A stretch of DNA of 64,000 nt. Source: Oopsacas minuta. Its lineage: Eukaryota > Animalia > Porifera. Positions 19,601-41,668 of the stretch are shown here, piece by piece (within the stretch, counting starts at the first letter, position 1; each line of letters begins with the position of its first letter). The position numbers and the translations under genes are program-made. Below the pieces are notes generated by a model. It was not told the DNA's origin, searched no databases, and saw only the letters and a program-made list of their open reading frames with translations. Location: positions 248,001-312,000 of the forward strand of contig JAKMXF010000343.1 of the NCBI GenBank assembly GCA_024704765.1. Reading direction: 5' to 3'.

Positions 19601-22600
19601 ATGTCCTTTGCAAAGAAAGACGCTCTACGTAAGCTTGAGCAAGAAATACAAGATTACTGGGAGAGTGAGAAGATATTCGAGGAAGATGCTCCTACAGACG
19701 GAAGGATAGGAAATGTTGATGAGAAGTATTTCGCTACTTTCCCATTTCCTTACATGAATGGAAGATTACACTTAGGACACACATTTACTGTTTCTAAGGT
19801 ATATATACTCTCTATATTTTTGAAATTCCAGTGGAACATCTTTAATACGAATTTCGGACAAATATTCACACAAAATCAAGCCCCTACAATAGTTATCCAA
19901 TTGGTATTACTCTGGATAAAGTGAACAAATTGACCGTCTGTTTGATTCCTATTAACGAAGTTCCACTGTAGGCTGAGTTTTCAGTAGGCTATGAGAGATT
20001 AAGAGGGAAGAAGTGTTTATATCCGTTTGGTTTTCATTGTACTGGAATGCCAATAAAGGCTTCTTCTGATAAGTTAAAGAGAGAACTGGAGCAGTATGGG
20101 TAAGTATATATGATCCACTGGTAATTAAGAACTAACATGATACAGTATAAAGCATAACTCCCGATAGGACACACACATTTTCAGCCTCCTTCAATGACTC
20201 AATGAGGATCACTTAGCTTAGGTCGTTACTTAGCAGTCACCGAGGCTTTGAGTGTCCACTTAGTTATTAGTCTCTTACAGCAGATAATTTTGCTAATCCA
20301 AATCGTCTATATGACACAAATTCATCACTTAATAGAACTCTGCTTATTTCGAAATAATTATCGTAGTTCCTTGAGCTTCAATAAAACTGGATTGATTGTA
20401 TTATATTTGATGTAGTTGTCCACCACAATTCCCTGAACAAACTGAAAAAATTATTATCGAACAGGAGACAGTATCAGCTGGAGAAGGACCTCAGTTTAAG
20501 AAGAAGAGTAAAGTACTAGCTAAAGAAGGAGGTCTGAATAGTCAATGGGAGATAATGCAATCTATGGGAATATCTGATACTGATATACCTCAGTTTACAG
20601 AGAGCGAGCATTGGTTAAGATACTTCCCTGACTTCTGTAAGAAAGATTTGCAGTCTATAGGATTGAAAGTGAGATTATTATTATTTCCCATATTCACTAG
20701 AATAATAGCTCCACCTGAAATATGTGCAGTCGTGTAACAGTGACCGTCAATACGTATCTTGCTGTTACAGTGGATGCTGGTTGCAAGAACACCTTTTGAG
20801 AGTTAATTTTCATAGAAAAAGCATTTAAGGAGAAGTGACCGTTCCTTAGTATTTATACATAAATATTGAGTTCATTAACTCCTAATAAATAGCTACATAG
20901 TTAAATGACTGACATTATCCATTCAATTAATCTACATTAAGTTTGTATTTCTTGCTTTTTGGTGTTAAGTTTGATCTCTGTGAACCTCGTCTTTTCACAC
21001 CTTGCGTCACAGCTTTATCACACTCCATTTTCACATCTTCTCCGCGGAATTTCTCACACATTATATAGAATATTATCTCCTCTTTCGCTAATTTAACCGC
21101 TATTTCCGTATCACCATTTTCAACACCCTTTTTCAACACAGTATACCTCTTGGCCATAACAGTATCCTCGTACATACTAATGTATTGAGACAATTTAGTG
21201 TATACAGATGTTATAGTGGTCTTTGTAGCTGTCCTTTTGAGAACTTTTGATAATTGCTCCACTGTCTTGTCTTTTACTTCTTTTGAGGCTAAAATGTCTG
21301 TCAGCCGCAGGCATTCTGCCATTCTAAAACAGTATTAATAATGTATAAACATTCAAGCACAGTTCGAATGATTGAAGGAAATTGTTGTGTTTGTTAATTT
21401 GAATTTGCAGTCTATCTACTAATAGACTGATTACAGAAGTATTGAATTATCCAATTTTCCCGTTAAGCACAAATACAGTGCAGTGTAAGGTAGGACACTT
21501 GGGAATAAGGTTGACCGCATCAAGGAGAGTCCGTTTGGAGCGTTGCACTGTCCATCAAATCTCAACAGTGTTTATTATTTATTATTTATTTTCTTGGACA
21601 CAACTATATAATTGTCGCAGTGCATTGGGTGGGTAACAATCTCTTGTTCCGTCTGAACAATACATGCATCATACATAAATATACTACATCATAACACGTG
21701 ATATATTTGTAAACAAACAGAACAATAAAGCTATATATTCAAACTGCTATGATAAGACTAATTATAAGATAATGCTAGCTTGAAAATATTCAGTGTAACA
21801 ATTTCCGGTTTCTCCTGCAGTAACAATAAGATATTTTAACAAAAAGGATTGTTAAATTATCGGTTTATGCTGTTAGTTATCTTCCAGGTAGACTGGAGGA
21901 GATCGTTCCTCACAACTGACGTCAACCCTTATTTCGATTCATTTGTTCGCTGGCAATTCCATAAATTGAAAGAGAATGATAGAATACAATTTGGTAAGAG
22001 GTACACGATATACTCTCCTAAGGATGGACAGCCTTGTATGGATCATGACAGATCTAGTGGAGAGGGAGTAGGTTGTCAAGAGTATACCCTTATCAAAATG
22101 AGAGTTAAAGGTATATACAAATATATTGACTTGTACATAACTGTTAGCAATGGGTATTCTAATTATAGTCAGGGTCTCTTATATGAAACAAGCCAGTGGA
22201 CCCAATATATCACTCCCATAGGAGTTTCATTCAAATGAAATTCTCAGATATTTCTATATTCTTTGAATCCTACAGATCCTTATCCCCCATCTCTATCCCG
22301 TATATCCGGTAAACCTGTGTATCTAGTAGCAGCTACATTACGACCTGAGACAATGTATGGACAAACTAACTGCTGGATAGCTCCAGAGATATCATATCTT
22401 GTATTCCGTACTGTAAAGCAAGGAGATGAGATTCTTATTAGCACTAAGAGAGCTGCTAGGAATATGTGTTATCAGGGGTTTACACACAGAGAGGGAGAGG
22501 TAAGGAAATTATGGGTCATTTTGAGGTTGGAATTTCCAAGTTGTAATTTCTAGATAGAGAGCTTATTCGAGGTTAAGGGTATAGACCTATTGGGTGTTGG

Positions 22601-25600
22601 TCTATCAGCTCCTCTTACACATCATGACGTCATCTACACCTTACCCATGCTGACTATAAAGGAGAATAAAGGTACAGGAGTTGTGACATCAGTACCTTCT
22701 GATGCTCCTGATGATTTTGCTGCTCTCAGAGATATCAAGAATAAACCTGATCTGAGGAATAAGTATGGAATAACTGAGGATATGGTTATACCTTACGACC
22801 CTGTAAGTTTACATTAGCTTTCATATAGTAACAAATTCATGCAAAGTACGAATTGCTAACAGGCGAACTCCACTACATATGCCAACGAGTTTGTCTGCTT
22901 TATGTATTTGTGTAAATTTTAAGTAATATAAAATTATAATTCTTCAGATTCCGATTATAAATGTCCCGGAATTGGGAGATCTCAGTGCAGTTACTGCTTG
23001 TGATAAATTCAAAGTCAAATCTCAAAATGATAAAGACAAGTTGGAGTTAGCTAAAGATATGACATATAAACTAGGCTTCAGAGATGGTGTATTGAAAGTT
23101 GGTGGGTATAAATCGAAGAAAGTTTCAGAAGTTAAGAAGATTATCAAAGATAAATTAATAGCTGAAAAGTCTGCATTTGCTTACCAAGAACCAGAAAAGC
23201 AGGTACGGGCTAGCTAGCTATTGATTTTCGATAGAATTTTCTAGTGAAACCTCCACAAACGGGAAGACGGACGCCAGTATGCTACTCCCTTTGTGGAGGT
23301 TACTTGTACAATGTTTCGGGATGATACATTGATTTTGGAAAGATATCTATAATTTCCCTGAACAAAATACCATATGATAAATCTATGATAATTTCCGATG
23401 GGTAATTATGCAAATATCTCCTTTATATCTGAGATTAAGCTTCACTGTCTATGACAGTCTTATTAACATTTATAGAATGTTATCCAAGGTTACAATTCAC
23501 TCTTATAATACAATTCATTAGGTACATCAATAATATAGTAAAAATCAAAAACTAACTCAAAAATCAAAAATAACCAAGAAATGCAAAAATTTCCCAAAAA
23601 TAATAAAGAACCAATAATGTAAATCAAAATATATACAAGTACCAAAACATTTATATTATTACTGGGCGTGGTGGCGTGCGCCTGTAATCCAGTTACTTGG
23701 AGGTATGACTTAGTGGATGGTCTGAGGTTGGGATCCCTGTGCTGTTGGTAGTTATGGCGAGTGGGTGTCCTGTTAAGACTTGCATCTACAAGGTAGCCTC
23801 GTTTGCAGTAGGAGGCGCCCTGGTTGATAATGAGGAATGAACCGGTTCAGGACCGAAAGGTAGCAGATCAAAGTTCCCGTGCATTTCAGTAATGGGATAG
23901 CACCTATGAATAGCTCTGACAGTGCAACCCAACCAATAGTGGTCAGACCTGAGTCTTTTTGCTTATTTTCTAATTATAATTATTAGGCAATTGAGAATAA
24001 TGTTTGTTTGAAAACGACTTTTTTGGTACAATTGGACATTTTTTGTAACCTCAACAAACAGGGCCTGTGGAAATTGGGGATTTTGGAAACGGAGTGAAAA
24101 AGCAATAGAGCGTATTCCTATTTCCATACAAATGGGCCTCCACAAACGGGGGGGGTTTGGCAGAAACTGGAAAACGTGGTAGCATTTTTCTGCTTCCCTG
24201 ACACTCCTTTTGTGGCGGTTACACTGTAGTTTGCTATGAGTGGTGCTATTTTTATAATTTTTATGGTTGAGAAATATTTGAATTTCATGAATATAATTCA
24301 CTCTTTACAACAAGCATTTTATCAGGTAATATCTCGGTCTGGAGATGAATGTGTAGTAGCACTATGTGATCAATGGTATCTAAATTACGCAGAACCTCAA
24401 TGGAAAGCTCAAGTGACAACCTGTTTTAATCAACTCAATACGTGAGTTCATAGAAAATTCCCGATAGAGCCTATTATATCTTACCTTCTAATCCATAGTT
24501 ATTCGCAAGAAGCTTCAAACAACTTTACAAATAGTATAGATACACTACATGAACACGCTTGTTCTAGGAGTTATGGTCTCGGTACTAAGCTACCATGGGA
24601 TGAGCAGTACTTGATAGAATCTCTATCAGATAGTACGATATACATGGCATACTATACTGTAGCTCATTTGTTACAAGGTGATGTGTATGGGAGTACGCCT
24701 GGATCTCTGCTTATAAGGTAATGGTGTCTTGCAACCCTCCTCCTGGGAGATTGGATGAAATCGGTCGCCAATAGGATAGTCGCGAAGCCAGATTTTGTTC
24801 CGAACAATCTTACTCCTATTCCATTTTTACACTTTCTAGACCAGATGAACTATCAGACGAGATGTGGGATTACATATTCCATCTAGATAAACCATATCCA
24901 GGAGGTTGTAGAATATCCAAAGAGAAATTAGATGTAATGAGAAGAGAGTTTTCATTCTGGTATCCTGTTGATTTGAGAGTTTCTGGAAAGGATCTTATTC
25001 CTAATCACTTAACTTACTATCTGTTCAATCATGTATCTGTATGGCCAGGTGTGTTTATACGAATTATAGCATAAGGTCATGAAAGTAGGACGTAGACCGC
25101 TACTCCTATAATAATTATAACATAGAGCTCAATATATTTTCGAGTTACTTTTTGCCTGTAAACATTGTATTTCTAGATAAACAGGCTCATAAATCTATGT
25201 GGCCTCGAGCAGTACGAGCTAACGGACATATTCTACTAAACAACGAGAAGATGTCTAAACACACTGGTAACTTTATGACATTACTAGAAGGGGTAGAGAG
25301 ATTCTCAGCTGATGGGATGAGACTAGCTCTAGCGTCAGCTGGCGATACACTGGAAGATGCAAACTTCATTATTGGTACGACACAAATATCTCCTCCAATT
25401 TAAACTAATTCCAGTCAATTCCCGTTATATAGAAATATCCGCTTATGTCAAAGTCTGAATTGTACAAATATGCTCCCAAACCGTAGTTGGCTGTATAGAA
25501 ATATATTATTTTCATATATTTTACTGTTTCTAGAAATGGCTAATGCTGGTTTACTCAAGTTACACACACATCTAGAATGGATGAAAGAATTTCTAACTTA

Positions 25601-27388
25601 TAATGAAACTCTACGTATTGGAGATTACAACTTTGTTGACAAAATATTCATAGCAAAGATCAACAGCTGTTTACAAATAATTGAACAACAATATGAGAAA
25701 ATGTTATATTGTGAAGTGAGTTTCTAAACACACCTTTGTACACATAAATCAATGTCATACATTCTCATTACAGGTTACAAAGTATAGTCTACACGAGCTA
25801 CTAACATGCAGAGACAAGTATAAAGAACAATCTCAGATATATGGTGGTATGCATAGAGATTTGGTAGAGAGATTTATCAATATACAGACTGTTGTATTCT
25901 CACCAATATGTCCGCATATATGTGAGAGAATTTGGCAAATGACAGGTGACAATAAAATCGCATATTTGTTCGTATTATCAGGAGTAATACCAATTCAATA
26001 ACCAGGAACCTGATTTGTGTAAATATTTGTTCATTTATTCGGAAATTAGTATTAACCGTGTTCGTATAAACGAAGTTCCAATGCTTGCTTTAATTATGCG
26101 CTCAAATCTCTAGGAAATAAGGGGAGTGTCTTACACGCTAGATGGCCAGACCTTATCTCATTTGAGTCAGGTTCTTCCCAGCACTCTTGGCTGTCTGCTG
26201 GAGAATATTTAGCTGATACTGTACACAAGATGAGAGTTAAAATGAAAGCTCTTACAGAAACTAAGTTAAAGAAAAACGGTATTAAAACTATGCCCAATTT
26301 CTGTGAGATCTTCATAGCAGAAAAATACCCTCCATGGCAGATACAGATAGTTGAAATTATGAAAAAATGTTTTGACACTAAAACTAATACATTTCCTTCT
26401 AATCAGGAGTTATTATTGTTCTTAGGAAAGGGGGGTTTGGGATATGAACAAGAAATCTATGCCATTTGTTCAACGACTGAAAGAGAAAGTAATGGAAGAA
26501 GGTTCCATATCCTGTTTAGAGTCAAAAATTAATTTCAACCAAATGGATATTCTATCTCTAGCTAATGAGTATATTTGTTATGCTCTTGATTTGGATAAGC
26601 TTTGGGTTAAGGATGTTAGTACAGCTCCTGATAAGGTAATTATATGTACAGTATACTCCATTTAATAGGGCTACTGGTTAATCACATAATTGTCAATCGT
26701 CTCGGTATCCCTGTATTATCCCAGGATTCTACAAGAAATTCATGAAGTGCTTGCAGATTATTGTGGCTTTTTACCAAATAATAGTCTGAGATTTGCCCTA
26801 TTAAGCAGAGTCTTATGTATATCAGAAACAGAATCATATCAATTATAGCTTAACTTGTTTCTCGGCTTTTAGGTACAACAAGAGTGTGAACCTCTGAACC
26901 CATTTATAACATTCCATTACACCAGTCCATCTCCAATACTGAATATATACTTTAAGAATCCTCAGCCTTGTACTGGATACTTCAGCGAGTATATTTGTAT
27001 AGTACAAGACGATCCTATAGAGCATGTGATAGCTAGATTAAGACGGAGACTGAATATATCTAGTGAGTTGTTAATAGGATCGATAATTGAGATCGTTCTG
27101 GTGGTTATTAGGCCACTGTTAGTTGGAAACTTGTTTCAGCTCCACTGCCCGAATGTATTTACTAAATTTTCAATTTTAGGAGATCTGGGTATAACTTTAA
27201 TACGCTATACAGACCCCATCACACAATCCAGAAATATCCCTCTGCCAGGTACAGACTATATGAACAATCCTCTTTACACTATTCTATCACAGAACACTGT
27301 ATTCATTATACAACCTGATCAGCTGTTAGTTAGAGATAACCGTAGTACTCAATCAGCTGGTAGAGATCTGATATACCTGATACATTAG
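19601..27388 (+). CDS. LARS1: Cytosolic leucyl-tRNA synthetase, many exons
   Basis: [14 protein letters not shown] (HIGH), [11 protein letters not shown], editing-domain [43 protein letters not shown]-terminus GRDLIYLIH*; pieces joined by GT-AG introns. Confidence 0.96.
19829..19968. mobile_element. MITE family B at the 3' end of LARS1 intron 1
   Basis: CAGTGGAACATCTTTAATACGAA / ATTAACGAAGTTCCACTG|TA; internal sequence similar to 44589-44745. Confidence 0.8.
20927..21322 (-). CDS. Orphan 131-aa protein nested antisense in a LARS1 intron
   Basis: Uninterrupted 396-bp ORF in AT-rich intron; preceded by acceptor-like ctgttttag|aATG; basic C-terminal tail; no family recognised. Confidence 0.55.
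   Translation of the reverse strand: MAECLRLTDILASKEVKDKTVEQLSKVLKRTATKTTITSVYTKLSQYISMYEDTVMAKRYTVLKKGVENGDTEIAVKLAKEEIIFYIMCEKFRGEDVKMECDKAVTQGVKRRGSQRSNLTPKSKKYKLNVD
23242..23306. mobile_element. MITE family C (mini copy) in LARS1 intron
   Basis: TAGTGAAACCTCCACAAACGGG ... CCCTTTGTGGAGGTTACTTG|TA inverted ends. Confidence 0.75.
23661..23960 (+). ncRNA. RN7SL: 7SL / signal recognition particle RNA
   Basis: About 300 nt colinear with metazoan 7SL: Alu domain CTGGGCGTGGTGGCGTGCGCCTGTAATCC, helix 8 CAGG-ACC-GAAA-GGT-AGCA, CCCGTGC...CAGTAATGGGAT, and T5 Pol III terminator at 23956-23960. Confidence 0.95.
24042..24226. mobile_element. MITE family C in LARS1 intron
   Basis: TGTAACCTCAACAAAC ... 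TTTGTGGCGGTTACACTG|TA. Confidence 0.75.
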
Positions 27389-27510
27389 TTAGAATATTGA
27401 ATATCTATTTCATAGTTCGATTATAGTTTTCTGCAATAAATCTAGGTCTCTGTAGTAATGTGATCCTTGAATTAAGAGGTCCCAGCTTTTCCTGGTGGAT
27501 TTTGTGTATA

Positions 27511-27658
27511 CAATGGAATCTCGTTAATATGTACAAACAATTTAATAAGAATTTTCGCTATTCAATTAGTATTACAGGTTTGGACGTTATACTGTACTCC
27601 GGATAAAGCTGACAAATTTTGACTGTCCGTTAGCGTTTGTATTAACGAGGTTCCACCA
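27511..27658. mobile_element. MITE family B between LARS1 and TPGS1
   Basis: TA|CAATGGAATCTCGTTAATA ... TATTAACGAGGTTCCACCA|TA. Confidence 0.75.
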
Positions 27659-27695
27659 TATTTAATTGACTATTTATCTCCGATAACAGCACTAT

Positions 27696-28352
27696 ATGTC
27701 TAATCGCCAACAAAGCTCTCCCCAGAAGCTATCTAATATTCTAGAAGAATCTATAACATCTCTCCTCACAACTACACCAGATGACGCTATTGAATTCTTA
27801 GCTAATTATTTTAAACAGCAACCCCATTCACCTAATGAAGCATATTATAAATTATCACAGATACATTATAAACATGCTAATTTCCCAGATTATTGTTATC
27901 AGGTATATTGTCAGTATCGTGAAATAATTCTAGACCACATTGGCACCTCTAAGGATCATTTCCTCACTGAGTTGTATACGAATATTTCAAACGATATTCC
28001 TATTGAAACCGCGAAAATTCTAACCTCAAAACTACAATTAACTCCCCCAACAGATTTTAAATCATTTGAGAATAACATAAGAACATGCTATACATTCAAA
28101 TCTTATATATCCACAGCTGATAAGTTATATTCACACTTGCTAGCTGGAAAAGAATTTCCACCTCAAGAAACTATGCTAGAAGCAATTGATGTATTGAAGG
28201 GGCAGCTAGTTATGCTGAGAAGGATATCAGATTCTAATAAGCATGAGTTAATATCTTATATACAAGAATTAGTGCTTGATAATGCTGGTAATAGTGTGAG
28301 TAGAGAAGAGTTTGTTAGAATGTTAGCTCTGCTATTCGTGTATACTATATAA
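27696..28352 (+). CDS. TPGS1: Tubulin polyglutamylase complex subunit 1-like, intronless
   Basis: N-terminal RIIa/Dpy-30-like ILEESITSLLTTTPDDAIEFLANYF and C-terminal VSREEFVRMLALLF resemble TPGS1 (PEEPIAFLAHYF; MTREEFLERAAALF) from memory. Confidence 0.72.
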   Translation: MSNRQQSSPQKLSNILEESITSLLTTTPDDAIEFLANYFKQQPHSPNEAYYKLSQIHYKHANFPDYCYQVYCQYREIILDHIGTSKDHFLTELYTNISNDIPIETAKILTSKLQLTPPTDFKSFENNIRTCYTFKSYISTADKLYSHLLAGKEFPPQETMLEAIDVLKGQLVMLRRISDSNKHELISYIQELVLDNAGNSVSREEFVRMLALLFVYTI

Positions 28353-29100
28353 TGAATGAGATAACCATATGGGCCTTGATTGTGTGTATTATCTCTGCTG
28401 TGGATGCCAGTTACAAGACCCCCCCTCGGGAGTAGCAAAACATGTTCTTATACCCAGCTTCCACTGTAATATACATTGCCATACAATACCTGTGGAATAC
28501 ATTGCATGTTGAAACCAAGTTTACTGAGATTTCTGCATCAAATAGTGATAAATTACATTCTTTACAAGAAGTATGGTTGGGTAATCCTTTTCAATGCTTC
28601 ACAATGCTTGTGACCTAATATAAAAGTAGGAATACGATATTATGCGAGATTAATATTCTCACTCATATCACATATATAAATTAGCCATCTATGAAACCGA
28701 GCAATTGATATTACCAATCATAGGCGTAGGAGTATACAATTCTAGTCGAGACCTATCGAACTCTTTAATATTTTGCAAATGTATTATATTTCTAAGATCT
28801 GATATTTGGAACCGCTATATTTACAGATCTAAAACTGATTGAAAGAAAGTTATCGATTGAAGTCACTTACAATAATTAGCTGTTGCATTGCCATCAGGTT
28901 TAACGAAAGCCAAGGTTTGTATATCTCACCTCGAAATTGAGAATTCTACAATGGCTCTAATCTCAAATCCCCGGATTCTCAATTTCATTACTACACATAT
29001 ACGATTTCTAAAATAGCCCAATTATATCCCAAACCGCACAATATCCAATGTCCAGTTTGTATATAACTAACTAATTAATATATTAAGCTAGTAAATAGCA

Positions 29101-31839
29101 ATGGCAAGTTATGATCAATGTTTTTGGGCTAACTCAGGCTACGAGACTATTCGTAAGCACAATAAGATGAATCTAGAATTTCTGAAGGAGTTCTATCAAC
29201 TGGTACAGGAGAGAGGAGATTTGGAGAAAGATTTCTCTAACAAGTTGATGAAGTTAACTCAGAGGGGAAATAAGTCTAATCACCTATGTCTCGGTACAAT
29301 ACAGGTATTTTTATTTGTATATGCTATCGACTCGGATTCGGGCAGGTTTTTAAAGAATTGTCGACTTCCTGACGCCCGAATATTTGTTCTAAATCTGTAT
29401 TCTCCGAAAATTACAGTCTCTATTAATTGAATCCACTGTCTTTAGATTCCTCGTTTTATGACGTTTCTCTTCTGAAAATTCACTGTATTTATCATAATTT
29501 CCTCTGTAGAGTGCTTGGAGTAAATTTACTGGCAATCTTGAATCAGAATCTGAGATCCATTCTAAGCTAGCTGCATCTCTAGATACACTCAGTAAGAACT
29601 TAGCAGAATTCCATCAAATGCAGGTGAAGGATAGGAAGGCATTAGAATCACAGTTTGAAAAGCATAATAGAAACTATTCAGATCGACAGAGTAAATTCAA
29701 ATTAGCTCAGAAGAATCAATTTAGTAAACTAAGGTAAGATATGTATGTGTATATATTACTGGGGTATTCCATGCATATCAACCCTTCTGCATTTGTTAAA
29801 CTTCCAGAGGGCTCTAGCATACGCGAAAATAGCAAGATGAATACATTCTGTGGTACCCATGCTGTCGCCCGTGGAACACCAAAGTGGATCCACTGCACTA
29901 ATTACATACAATTAATATATAATCTACATTGCATTATAGAGAGTTAGAACAATATCAAGTAGCATTATCAGAAGCTAGAGAGAACAGAATAAAGTCTACT
30001 GAGAAAGATATTGTAAAGTTAGAAGGAAAAACTAAACGAGCAGAAGAAGTAGGAGAGAGAGTATCTGTGCTATTTAGTTCAACTGCTAAGTCTCTAGAAG
30101 ATGCTAGATTGGGATGGGAAGGTGCTATATATAAATACGCTAGAGGTTAGTTCATGTATAATATACTCCTGTATGTTAATATTCTTTGAAACACATTGGT
30201 AAGCTTCTACATATAACTGGGGTAATTCTCAGATACATTTATATCAAAGTACAGTATAGCCAACTCCCATTATATCTCAAGAGACCGCGATAATTTTGGA
30301 CACTACTTGCTCAATTTCGACTTGGACACAAGCGGATAATTCGATATATCCGTGTTTGATATACGGGAGTTGACTGTACAATATTCCCTATAGATAGTCA
30401 GCTGATGGAACAAGAACGTATCAATACATTATCAGATTCATTACGTCAGTATATTGGAATGCTAGACATGACAGCTCCCAAGCTACAAACAGTCTGTCAA
30501 GAACTGTCAGAAGTAGTGACTAGAATATCTCCACAGAGCGATATACAGTCTACCTGCAATAGAGTAGGTATGGGAGAATATCTACCTGAACAGTGTCTAT
30601 ACTACGGATACGAAAATATGGAAGATACAGCATTGAAACCGGAAACAAGGAGGTAGGTTGCCTAAAACTAGCTTGCTTCAAATAATTAAAGGCTCGTAAA
30701 TATTTGGTTTTAAATAAATACAAGCATTTATTACATTTAATGTAAATTTCTAATCCTTCCAGACTAATGCTAGAGCGTCGTCTCACAGAATTCGAAGAAG
30801 CTATCCTAGCTACACAGAAGGGTAAAGTAGGAGTACAACAGCTATCCTCTGCTTACGAACAGACCCCAAACTTCTCTACAGCCACAGGACAAGATGACGT
30901 CAGGAGACAACTCCTAGAAATGGACACATTAACGAATTTCCTTAAAGCTAGCCATTTTATAATAGAGAAATCTCTCTTAACTTTAACTTCACAATCACCC
31001 AGTAACTCACACTTAGAGCCTTATATACAAATAGCTAGTGAAGGTAAGGGATTACCTCAGTCAAAGCTGAAAGTACCAATTCAGGATGTTACTAATATAG
31101 CTGATGAACAGCACTCTAGTATTTATCAGACTATTCCTGGTGCTGTACAGAAAGTTGGTAAGTATCGTGTTTACTCGAATGGTAGCTTTACAGCTGTGTT
31201 TCCAACCTTTTTACCAGTGTACCGTCTATACTATATCAATTTTAACATATTATGTGGACACCTGTATCATGACCATTCCCATTTCCACTTGTTTGTTCAT
31301 TTTGGCCTGTTTTCAAGTCAAAAAGGCCAAATAGATTCAATTTGACCAAAAATGACGTAATATATTTATGTAGCTAAGTTTGTCTGCTAATTCCCGTATT
31401 TCCTAGAATAGTAGCTCCCTCCAAATAGTGACTATTGGCTGATATCAATAATCACCTGGCTACTATTCGAGTTGAATAAATGCAGTAATATCTATAGAGA
31501 TATTTCTTCAGAAATTTTCACATTTCTACTTCATTAGATCCATCATACGGTAAGAACAATTTACTATCTGCAATAGAGAGTTTCCCAGATGAGAGCGAAT
31601 ACGGAGCTACAGGCTACCAAGGACCCTCTACGGAGGTCTGTGACACTACAAGCAATGAAACGCTAGGTCAATGCATTGCTCAATACGATTATGCGGCTCA
31701 AGCATTCGATGAACTAACAATAGCTCCTGGAGATGTGATCTCTATTATAGAGCAAGACGACCCAGGCTGGTGGAAAGGAAAACTTAACAATAGAATAGGA
31801 GTATTCCCTGCTACATACGTCACACAAACTGATGCGTAA
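29101..31839 (+). CDS. NOSTRIN: F-BAR + HR1-like + SH3 protein, NOSTRIN-like, multi-exon
   Basis: F-BAR start (FWANSGYETI...QERGDLEKDFSNKL), EQERINTL, coiled coil LERRLTEFEEAI, final SH3 ALLNYD...DELTIAPGDVI...GWWKGKLNNRIGVFPATYV, stop 31837-31839. Confidence 0.75.
30257..30376. mobile_element. MITE family A in NOSTRIN-like intron
   Basis: TA|TAGCCAACTCCCATTATATC ... GATATACGGGAGTTGACTG|TA. Confidence 0.75.
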
Positions 31840-32628
31840 CTTATCTATTCTACTTTCGTATTGAATTGTCCATCCAACTACTTTGTATATTCAGATATTG
31901 TATATAACTTATTGAACTTTTTTACGCTTTGTTGAGCTCTTAACTAATATTTTGTTAGATTTTAGTATCTTCATAGTTTGCTTTATATATTCTAAGATGA
32001 TACTATTGTATGGTAGATAGTTGTGGCCTTTTTCAATCAGCTGTTCCAGTGAAATATTATAATTAGCCTCAGGTTAATTGGGTCACCTCAGAACCAGGCC
32101 ATTTGAGCCGATTAACCGGAATATGGTCCCAAACCGTTAAAGTAACAGAACTTTTATCGGCTATATCTAAGTATTATAGCGCTCCCTTGAGCTTCGATAT
32201 ACATGAGTTGACAGTATACATTGTGAAAATTGATAGACACAGGTTTACGTAATCTATTTATGTGCATATAATATGGTAATATCTCCTCGAATTCCAATTC
32301 TTCATATAAAATAGAAAACTTTTTATAATTGCCAATTATTGTCCATATTGAATTAGTGCAATATGAGCACATACATTACAATACATGTATTAGAACAAAG
32401 CACTAAATGTCATTTGATTATATCCTGGGGTTACAAACGCTGCATACACTCATTTCCTAATTTTATTATTATTAATAGAGATGTGCTGTTGTAAAGACAA
32501 TTAGTAACCCTTCATTCAATAGCTCAAATATGTTTGCTTGTATTTGATTAGCTTCTGTCGAGTAGCCCGTATAAATTGGCTGTGGCAACTTGTATTTGTA
32601 TTTGTTATATCTAATTGACAATTATACT

Positions 32629-41307
<8,679 letters not shown>

Positions 41308-41668
41308 TTCGCCAGAGTTCTTCTGTATAGTTGTGCTATTCTCTCTCCCTATTCCTTATTGGTATATTTTTACGCTTACTCAGATGTATTTTGCTCTCTA
41401 TTATACGTATTAACAATAAAGTGTCTTTAATTCTTCAATGGTTCATTCATGCATATTAATTCTCACTTAAGGCCCCAGTATAACCATGGTGGGAACAATC
41501 GTCCCGAGATACAACTTCTTGGGAAGATGGCACTCTGACCTACATTTTTACAATTTTGAGCATATAATACTGACTTATAGCTTTCGAAATATAACAATGT
41601 AAAGTAGTTTAGCCGCCACTGACAATTGTCTCATAACAAAAAAACTATTAGTATTGATAATTATTAGT

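Noticed and set aside
23661-23720. Alu SINE / primate contamination
   Set aside because: Full S-domain present, lineage-specific substitutions, no poly-A tail or TSD; it is 7SL itself.
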